DNA from: Candidatus Bathyarchaeota archaeon
Lineage (GTDB): Archaea; Thermoproteota; Bathyarchaeia; Bathyarchaeales; DTEX01
Direction: 5' to 3'
Assembly: GCA_003661975.1 (NCBI GenBank)
Contig: QMXE01000001.1
Span: forward strand, 1-52,584
Length of the DNA: 52,584 nucleotides
Below the pieces are notes generated by a model. The model was not told the origin of the DNA and did not search any database. It saw only the letters and a list, made by a program, of their open reading frames with translations. Each line of letters begins with the position of its first letter. The first letter of the stretch is position 1. Below, one piece after another: positions 7,884-15,690 of the stretch. The translations under genes and the position numbers were made by a program.

Positions 7884-9311
7884 TTAAAGCAGAATTTTTA
7901 TCTCGTCAAGTGCCTTTAAAACTCTTCTTCCTCTATCGGTAATTCTGAAGTATTTCCTTCCGTCTCTCACATAAGATAAGAGCAGGCCTCGATTGCAGAG
8001 TTCATTTAGGTGCTGATAAACCGCGGATCTCGTCATAATCCTACCAAGATCCTTCCAAAGCTCATATCCATATTTATCCCCTCCAGATAACAGTCTGAGT
8101 ATCTTCTCCTTTGTGCTGAATTCCGCTCCAAGAACCGCTGATTTCCTCTTCTTTGAAAGAGCCTGCAGAATATCTGTTGCCTTTAATCCACTTCCAGTTA
8201 TCAAGCATACAACAGATTCATCGCCCTTAATGATCGATTCCGTCTTGGCTTTCTTCAATGCAGCTATCGTCCCGGAGCTTGCGGGTTCAGCAAATATCCC
8301 CTCAAGCCTAGCTATTTCTTGCTCAGCTGCAAATATCTCTTGATCAGAGACTGAAATTGCCATGCCATCCGAGTCTTTGATTGCCTTTAATGCTAGATTC
8401 ATTTGAAGCGGATTTTTAACGAGTATTCCTATTGCATGCGTAAATGTCCCTTCAGATCCAAGATCACTATTAAGGTAAGCATTGACTATGGGCGAGCATC
8501 CCTCAGCTTGAACTCCAAGAATCCGAGGTAAATCATCGATTTTACCAATTTCACAGAACTCCTTAAAGCCCTTCCATATTGAGTAAGCCGTTCCGCCACT
8601 CCCCATAGAGACTACAAACCAGTCTGGAACTCCGAACTGCTCGATAACTTCAAATGCTATAGTCTTTTGAGCCTCTATAACCAGTGGATTTAGCTCCGGG
8701 GTCGCCTGATACCATCCAGTCTCCTCAACAAGGGCCTTGGCTCTTTCGATGGACTCATCAACAGTCTCTCCATGCTCCTCTATAATGGCATCATAAACCA
8801 ACATTTGGGCAAGTTTGCCCATATCTACGATCCTAGGGATTATCGCATGGCAGACTATGCCATATTTTGCACAATATGCCGATAGTGAGGCTCCCATATT
8901 TCCGTTCGTTGCGCATACAGCCGCCTTCATTTTTAAGTCGAGGATATTCGAGACTAACAGTGCAGCGGCTCTGTCTCTGAAGGAATTTGTTGGATTTCGC
9001 GTTTCATCCTTTAAGTATAATGCGGATATCCCAAGCTCCTTTGAGAGCCTCTCAGCTCTATAGAATGGTGTTCCACCCTCTTCCATAGATGCAACATTCT
9101 TAACCTCTGGAAGAAGAGGTCGATATCTCCAGAATGAAAATTCGCCGCTAAGATCTATTCCCTTCAATCTTTCAATATCGACCCTATACTCGACTAGACC
9201 TCCACATTTTGGGCATTTAATCACTGGAGGATAATCAAGAATCGCTCCGCAATCCATGCATTGAAGGTTACCCAAAGAATCTTCGCCCCAGAAGATAAAA
9301 TATAGCCGCAT
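7884..9311 (-). CDS. Threonine-synthase-like fold-type-II PLP-domain protein (Schiff-base Lys replaced by Arg) fused to a C-terminal PadR-like winged-helix domain
   Basis: N-terminal Cys4 ribbon (CMDC..CPKC). ThrC-like blocks are NPTNSFRDRAA (canonical SFKDR), ATNGNMGASLSAY, SMGSGGTAYSIWKGF, LEGIFAEPASS and CLITGSGLK. The last roughly 77 aa read KILRLLSGGDKYGYELWKDL..VYQHLNELCNRGLL..GRKYFRITDRGRRVL. Confidence 0.8.
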   Translation of the reverse strand: MRLYFIFWGEDSLGNLQCMDCGAILDYPPVIKCPKCGGLVEYRVDIERLKGIDLSGEFSFWRYRPLLPEVKNVASMEEGGTPFYRAERLSKELGISALYLKDETRNPTNSFRDRAAALLVSNILDLKMKAAVCATNGNMGASLSAYCAKYGIVCHAIIPRIVDMGKLAQMLVYDAIIEEHGETVDESIERAKALVEETGWYQATPELNPLVIEAQKTIAFEVIEQFGVPDWFVVSMGSGGTAYSIWKGFKEFCEIGKIDDLPRILGVQAEGCSPIVNAYLNSDLGSEGTFTHAIGILVKNPLQMNLALKAIKDSDGMAISVSDQEIFAAEQEIARLEGIFAEPASSGTIAALKKAKTESIIKGDESVVCLITGSGLKATDILQALSKKRKSAVLGAEFSTKEKILRLLSGGDKYGYELWKDLGRIMTRSAVYQHLNELCNRGLLLSYVRDGRKYFRITDRGRRVLKALDEIKILL

Positions 9312-9418
9312 AAATATTTATTTCTGGAATATTCTCGAGGATTTTCTAAGGCAAGGGAAAGCTTATATTTCATCCAGAGAAGATGGAGAAAACTTGAAGA
9401 TTAGAAGCAAGTCCCCTC

Positions 9419-11173
9419 ATGATGGATGAGAAGCCTAAAGGCAGGGAGGAACTCCAGCGGATACTTGAAGGAATAAATGGTAGGGGATACAAGCTTTATC
9501 GCCGCCTTAAAGGATGCTATGCTTGGCTAAAATACTTTTCTACATGGATCACGTTCAAGGCGAAACTTTCGCCCCTCCCAGCAGGCTAAGAGTTAGGATC
9601 CCCCCAGAAAATCGCAGGCTTCCCTAAGGATACATACAATAATAGGAGCAGGGAAATCGCGCTTCGTGGCTTCTTAACTCGCCGATTCCACGAGGCCTGC
9701 AAAATTTTGTGGAGGAAAGCGGGGAACGGGGAACAGCGGCCTCATAACCATAAAGGAGCCAAGTCAGGAAATCCTTGAAAGAAACTCCGTGATAGTTAAT
9801 GAGGACTTTGTAGAGGCGAGATTCACAGCGGGACTTCCAGCCCATGGAAGAAGAATAGACGGCAAAACAGCGAAAAACATGTTTTTTAAGGAAATACCAC
9901 GCATAGTTGAGCGATCACTTATCTTCCAGAATCTAGACGTGAAGAAGCTCTATGAGCATGTGGAGGTCGCCGAAGACGCGGATTATCTGCGAAGCCGCCT
10001 AGAAGAAATGGACTTGATAGCCTTTATAGCTGATGGGTCAATTCTGCCTAGGGCTAGCGGAGTAGACCCTAGACCCATGGATAGGAGGATTGCTGTGCCC
10101 TTCAAGTCACCAAAATCCTTGAGGATAAAGATTAAACTGCCAAACAGAGGCCTAGTTACCGGAATGGGCATACCTGAAGGTGTAACATTAATTGTAGGCG
10201 GAGGCTATCACGGCAAATCCACCCTGCTAAAGCGCTAGAGCTAGGAGTCTATAATCATATTCCAGGCGACGGCAGGGAGCTCGTGGTGACACATCCATCC
10301 GCGGTTAAAGTTAGGGCTGAGGATGGAAGGCGAATTGAGCATGTCAACCTTAAACCTTTCATCTCAAATCTTCCCGCCGTCAACCTTATCTTTGGGAATC
10401 ATATTCCAGTCGACAGAGGCCTTCTCCACGGAGAATGCTAGCGGTAGCACTTCTCAGGCAGCTAACATCATTGAAGCATTAGAGATGGGGACTAAAGTTC
10501 TCCTCATCGACGAGGATTCCTCAGCCACAAACCTCATGTTTAGGGATAGACGCATGCAGGAGCTAGTTCCCAAAGATAAGGAGCCCATCAACACATTAAT
10601 CGACAAGATTCGCCAGCTCTACGTGGAGAAGGATGTTTCATCAGTCATAGTTACGGGGAGCTCAGGCGAATACTTCGATGTGGCTGACTGTATAATCTGC
10701 ATGGTAGAGTATACCCCTCACGATTTGACGGATGAAGCTCGAAAGATCGCTGAAAAATATCCTTCTATGCGCAGATATGAGGGGGAAGGATTCTTTGGCG
10801 AGATCGTCAGCCGCATCCCGTTGCCTCAGAGCTTCCAATTAACGAGACCCGGCAAGAACTTAAGACTTCAATTAGGGGAGTTCATCTGGCAAAGCTTGGA
10901 GATCACATGTTAAATCTTTGGGCTTTAGAGCAACTGGTAGATATTGGGCAAGCAAGGGCCATTATTGACGCAATAATTTATGCTAGGAAATATGCGGATG
11001 GAAAACGTAGTTTACGGGAAATCGTCGAACAAGTTTTAAGGGATATAGATGAAAAAGGACTGGACATTTTAAATCCTAAGATTTCGGGATGCTATGCCGC
11101 CTTTAGAAAATTTGAGTTGGCAGCAGCCATAAATAGGCTTCCAACCCTAAAAGTTAAGCCAAGTAGAAAGTAG
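9419..11173 (+). pseudogene. ABC_ATPase-family gene (predicted ATPase of the ABC class), multiply frameshifted
   Basis: Family blocks are spread over all three + frames. They include GRGYKLYRRLKG, YMDHVQGETFAPPSRLRVRIP, AGFPKDTYNNRSREIALRGFLTRRF, SGLITIKEPSQEILERNSV..ARFTAGLPAHGRRIDG, GVTLIVGGGYHGKSTLL, KALELGVYNHIPGDGRELVV..PFISNLP, FSTENASGSTSQAANIIEALEMG..LLIDEDSSATN, and LEQLVD..Q..AI with a C-terminal AAAINRLP. At least six frame breaks are present. Confidence 0.8.
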
Positions 11174-11185
11174 GATTATTGATCT

Positions 11186-12358
11186 TCATTCTGGTTGTAA
11201 GATAGGTTTAGCCTTAAGCCTTCCATCCCCCTCAACCAATAATTCTGGCGTTAATCTTTGCAGAATCTCCGGGCTAGCCAATATTCTTATTAGCTTCTTC
11301 TCATGGCTTTTTAAGGGCTTCCTTAAGATTCTAGGGTATGCCTTTAGTCTCTCACCAAAAACGTATCTTTGAGGCAGGCTCGAGAAGACCTCCATTATCT
11401 GCCTAATACTTGGATGTTGCCTTCCAGCCTTGAGGTAGAGCTCATACAGTGTAGGGCGCATGGCGCATCCCTTAAGCATGTAAATTCCACAGCAGTCCTC
11501 AGCGGTGTGAAGACTGAATAGGCCCTCCTTGCATGTCGCGAAGGATATTCCATGATCCCTCAGAAGATCTCTGAGAGTTAAATATTCAGGAAGCCTCGCC
11601 TTTAGGTGAGGCTTAAGTAAAGGCGGGATGCCATCTTCAAGCCTAAGAGAGTAAGCTTCCATAGGCGGCCTTTTAAGGCCTAATAGGCTGAAAAAGCCCG
11701 GAGCCTCAGCAGCTTCAATCCTTAAGGGTTCAACAATGACGTGCCTCACGCGAGCCTCAGATAAGGCCTCCACCACTCTCTCCGGGCTTGGTTTTAGGGT
11801 TAAGCCCGGAATATAAGGCGATAACCTTACGGCTACAGGTATATCTTTAGCGGAGAGTTTTTCTAAAGTCTTGAGTCTCGCATTTGGCCGCGGCGCGTAT
11901 GGCTCTATGATCCTTGCAGTCTCATCATTCATACTCGAGAGCGATGCTTGTACAATCACGAGTTTTTCGGAGGCTAGATCCTTAAGCATTCTAAGCCATG
12001 GCTCTTCAGATATTAATGTGCCTTTAGTATTCACAATTATTTGGTAACCTTCCCTAAGCGCTACATTCAAGACTTTAAGGCTTAACTTGAACTTTGCTTC
12101 ATGCGGTTGGAAGGGGTCTGAAAGAGTGCTAAGCCTTGCCGGTATGGGCTTAACCCCGGACAAACGCAACTTTCTCGCTATAATACTAAAAACCTTTATG
12201 GCTTCAGGGCATGGATCAACCTTCTGCGAATTTGGTATACGCCACCTAACATAACAGTATATGCACTTATGACTGCAGGCTGTGTAAGGCTCAACTCTCA
12301 CTAAGGAGTAACAGAAGGCTGAAATAATATTACTGACGTTTATTACGGGCCCAAACAA
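11186..12358 (-). CDS. Radical SAM protein, SplB / 'DNA repair photolyase'-like subgroup
   Basis: CxxxCxxC cluster motif in VEPYTACSHKCIYCYVRW. The N-terminal placement and a length of about 390 aa fit the SplB-like radical SAM group. Confidence 0.75.
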   Translation of the reverse strand: MFGPVINVSNIISAFCYSLVRVEPYTACSHKCIYCYVRWRIPNSQKVDPCPEAIKVFSIIARKLRLSGVKPIPARLSTLSDPFQPHEAKFKLSLKVLNVALREGYQIIVNTKGTLISEEPWLRMLKDLASEKLVIVQASLSSMNDETARIIEPYAPRPNARLKTLEKLSAKDIPVAVRLSPYIPGLTLKPSPERVVEALSEARVRHVIVEPLRIEAAEAPGFFSLLGLKRPPMEAYSLRLEDGIPPLLKPHLKARLPEYLTLRDLLRDHGISFATCKEGLFSLHTAEDCCGIYMLKGCAMRPTLYELYLKAGRQHPSIRQIMEVFSSLPQRYVFGERLKAYPRILRKPLKSHEKKLIRILASPEILQRLTPELLVEGDGRLKAKPILQPE

Positions 12359-12361
12359 ATC

Positions 12362-12826
12362 CTACTCACGGACTAACTGATCTGGAATCATATCTGGGAT
12401 TACAGCCCAAAGTATCATCCATTTCCTAGGCTTTATCCTCTCCAGACAGACTATCCCGCCCATACTAAACTTAATGATTTCATGCTCTGGACTCTTAAGA
12501 GTCAGAAGTGAGACTAACCTGCTTAGATGCGGCAGATGTCCTACAAGCATTAAATCTTCCCCTAACTCTTCAAGCCTCTCAGCCCAGATCTTAGGATCTG
12601 CCAGAGGATCTAAGCCGTCAGCCTCTGAAATTCCATTCTCAGGCTTTAGTGCCTCAGCGAAGACCTCAGCCGTCTGCTCTAAGCTTCCCGCTATGCAATA
12701 TCTTCTTAACGTTAAGTTTAAGAATCCTCGAGGCATAATTTGCCATCTTTCTTGCATCTGCAAGGCCCCTCTCAGATCCTCCTCTTCACTTTTGGCCTCG
12801 CCATGCTAAACAAAGTATACTCTCAA
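12362..12826 (-). pseudogene. SixA-like phosphohistidine phosphatase interrupted by an in-frame TAG at the RHG motif
   Basis: The minus-strand frame reads TTG(12826)-RVYFV-TAG(12808..12806)-HGEAKSEEEDLRG...QTAEVFAEAL...LMLVGHLPHLSRLVSLL.... The RHG Arg codon is a stop. The ORF-track entry 12362..12763 is the in-frame downstream part. Confidence 0.65.
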
Positions 12827-12942
12827 CTTTACAACACCAAGAGGACAAGTGCGTCGGGCACAATTAAAGTTTATCTGAGAATCATTAAGCGTTCATTCAG
12901 CCGAGAAAGTTTGATAGTGAAGCCAGATTCCCTAACTGGCAA

Positions 12943-15690
12943 TTAAGAATCACAGTCTCCTAGAGCAGATTTGATCTTCTTTTGGGCATCTGCAAAGACT
13001 ATTTTGACCGTTACAGTCTCATGAGGATGAATGGTAAACTTGAGATTATCAGCTGGAATTGAAATCCCAGCATCATCCTCAGTGATGCTAACTAATCTGG
13101 CCTCCTCTACCGGGACGAAGGAGTAGAGCCTCACGGTTCCCTCATCTCCCGAGATCTCTTGAAGCCTCACGATGAACTCTCCAGCCTTCCCGAACTCGGC
13201 CATCTTAACTGTAACTATCTGAACGTTCTTTCGGTCTACGTTGAGGAAGCTCATGACGGGCGATTTTAGGGGTCCGCTCTGCCCCTCCAGTACTATGCCA
13301 GCCATTAATGGAACGTTAAATTCCCAGCCTAGACGGCTTGCATTAATCGGGTTGAATGGGCCAGAGTAGCTCCATATCGAGTATTGATAGGTTAATGTTT
13401 CCCCTGCGTCTGGCTCCCAATCGAAGCTTATCCAGCCATGATCAGTCGTGTAGTACTGATCCTTAACCATTAAGAGCGTATTTATCCATGTAGCCTCCGA
13501 TGGCGCCCAATCCCGTACCCATCCGTGAAGACCTGCTTGGACAAACGTGTTCGCGTAAGTCTCCTTTGTGCCTATAGTCACCCCATAGGATTCAGCTTCA
13601 TTAAGATCGAAGCAGTGCTGATTGAGGAAGTGGTTTCGGTATGCTCCGGGCAGGTGATCTTCGCCTGACCATAAGAGAAAATGATTAGCCATCTCAGTTC
13701 TTAGGTAGGTCTTCTCAATCGATAGATTGAATGGGAACGTAACATAATAGTATATGGCGTCTCCGATCCTTGCAGAGCCAAGTGCTGTGCGGTTCAATAC
13801 ATTCTTGATCTTCAGCCTTTTTATCCCAGAGTATAATATGTACTCGCTTCTTAGGAATGGAGATCCCGTGTGCTCCACGATTATTTTTCCCATGACGGGA
13901 CCGGAGACCGCTCTTAACCTAACGTCTCCAGATGAGACTGCTTCGTGCTTCCCGCCTGAGGATGACCAGAGCTGATTAAACCTGTAATTTGACGCCTTGT
14001 TAACGAGCTCTCTTCCCGTCTCCTTATCTACGATGCTGACTATTGATCCATCGTTTGGGTCAACCGTGACTCTGAAGAATTCATTCTCCAGAATATTCCC
14101 AGATGCTGACACTCTATTTGGAAGTGGTGGAGCCTTTACCCATACTATATCGAATTTCTTGTATCCGATTGGGGGAACATTCTCAGCTATGAATGTAACG
14201 GTTGACTCTTGGAGATCTATCTGGCATGGAATGCTGAGGCCCGATGTTGAGTCAATGATCTGGAAATCCCCGGAGAGAAGGCTGTCATTAAGTTTGAGGG
14301 TGACTATGTCGGTCCTCATCCAAGATAGAGGATTAAATACGACGATCGAGGAGCCCGATGCCTCTATGCCTGAGAGAAGCAGCTTAAACCCAGCGTCTAA
14401 GAGGCTCCTAATCCTTCTGTAAGATGAGAGTATGAGTTCATTCCTGGCCGTAATATCCCTTCTCATCTCTTCCTCAGTGAATTTGTGCTTTCCGCTGTGT
14501 GGAGACTCTGTATGGTCGAGCCACGTGAAGAGCAGTCTATATATGTCACTGAATTCTTCTTTGGGGTAAGCTGCATTATAAAGGATTGTGTTGATGCTCC
14601 ATATCTTCTCAGCGACCGTGAGGTGATCCCTCGTCCACCTATAAGCTGCTGTACCCCATGGATAAACTCTCTGCTTATTAAGGTTCCAGTCCGCAGTCCA
14701 ATCTCCCGAATAGACTTTGAAGTTGCCCTTATATTTCTTTTCCATGTAACTGAAGAACTCGCTTGGCGTCGCCACTATTATCTTCGGGTTATTTCCCTCT
14801 TTGTTCCATCTCCTAATATTACGGAGGGCATTAATCGGCCATGAACTATTAGCGTAGTCATGCGCGAACATCACAAGTAAAGCGTCATATGGATAATTGT
14901 GAATATTCTCCCATCTATACACCATCTTACGAACTTGACTTCTCATCTTTTCATACTTTGGATGATTAAGCCACCATTGCGGGGGATCATCTGTGCAGCA
15001 CTCACCCTCCCAGTAGCCCCCGAAGCTTATCCATGTTAAGACTCTACTTCCATCAGGGCCCTCCCAATAAAATGGGAGGTGGCCTCTGGGTATTGACGTT
15101 CCTGACCTCCAATAGTCTTTGAAGTAGTTGATCCCAGTTAGGAAGTACTTTATTCCGCTTCTATTCATAGCTTGTGGAAGCCCCCAACTATATCCAGGCA
15201 AATCGTTCATTATGGCCGTGGACATACTGATGTTGTACATCTTCTGAAGGACCTTGCCGGGGTAGAACAGCCTATTTATATCTTCGTATCCGAGAAGGCC
15301 TGTGTAAACGTCATCCCATGCCGCTCCAACCTCTATTCTTCCATCCCTGATTAAATCGAGGAGTAACTCAACCTTTTTAGGATCCTTAGTTCTCCTCAGC
15401 CAGCTCTCCAGCTCCCAAACATTCTCAATTGTCCACTTGAACTCAGGATATGCCATACATGCATCGATGGCATCATCTATAATCCTTTTGATCCAGTCCT
15501 CAACCTCATCCATTGGATGGACGTAACCCACATCTATATGCGAGGTGAAGATTACATAGACGTATTTGATCCTTTTAGGCCTATATGGGGGCTGAGGTAA
15601 TCTAAGGAGGATAACCATTATGGATGATACAAGTAAGGCGGCAACTACAATAGCTGTTAATCGTTTATCGAATTTGACTGCCATAGGCAA
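12943..15690 (-). CDS. Membrane-anchored large glycoside hydrolase, GH38 (alpha-mannosidase)-like
   Basis: 915 aa with an N-terminal TM anchor (LTAIVVAALLVSSIMVILL). GH38-like N-domain blocks are FTSHIDVGY, WTIENVWELESWL, GRIEVGAAW and DLPGYSWGLPQAMNRSGIKYF, followed by a long beta-rich C-terminal region. The first His of the usual HxHxD motif is not present, so the family call is tentative. The start is TTG 15690 or ATG 15684. Confidence 0.6.
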   Translation of the reverse strand: MPMAVKFDKRLTAIVVAALLVSSIMVILLRLPQPPYRPKRIKYVYVIFTSHIDVGYVHPMDEVEDWIKRIIDDAIDACMAYPEFKWTIENVWELESWLRRTKDPKKVELLLDLIRDGRIEVGAAWDDVYTGLLGYEDINRLFYPGKVLQKMYNISMSTAIMNDLPGYSWGLPQAMNRSGIKYFLTGINYFKDYWRSGTSIPRGHLPFYWEGPDGSRVLTWISFGGYWEGECCTDDPPQWWLNHPKYEKMRSQVRKMVYRWENIHNYPYDALLVMFAHDYANSSWPINALRNIRRWNKEGNNPKIIVATPSEFFSYMEKKYKGNFKVYSGDWTADWNLNKQRVYPWGTAAYRWTRDHLTVAEKIWSINTILYNAAYPKEEFSDIYRLLFTWLDHTESPHSGKHKFTEEEMRRDITARNELILSSYRRIRSLLDAGFKLLLSGIEASGSSIVVFNPLSWMRTDIVTLKLNDSLLSGDFQIIDSTSGLSIPCQIDLQESTVTFIAENVPPIGYKKFDIVWVKAPPLPNRVSASGNILENEFFRVTVDPNDGSIVSIVDKETGRELVNKASNYRFNQLWSSSGGKHEAVSSGDVRLRAVSGPVMGKIIVEHTGSPFLRSEYILYSGIKRLKIKNVLNRTALGSARIGDAIYYYVTFPFNLSIEKTYLRTEMANHFLLWSGEDHLPGAYRNHFLNQHCFDLNEAESYGVTIGTKETYANTFVQAGLHGWVRDWAPSEATWINTLLMVKDQYYTTDHGWISFDWEPDAGETLTYQYSIWSYSGPFNPINASRLGWEFNVPLMAGIVLEGQSGPLKSPVMSFLNVDRKNVQIVTVKMAEFGKAGEFIVRLQEISGDEGTVRLYSFVPVEEARLVSITEDDAGISIPADNLKFTIHPHETVTVKIVFADAQKKIKSALGDCDS

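Noticed and set aside
12806-12808. In-frame TAG in the SixA-like gene as pyrrolysine or programmed read-through
   Set aside because: TAG terminates well-supported genes in this window (for example 363..1085 and 3014..3355). No pylS/pylT/pylBCD genes are visible. The position corresponds to an invariant catalytic Arg one substitution away (AGG). A nonsense mutation is the simpler explanation.
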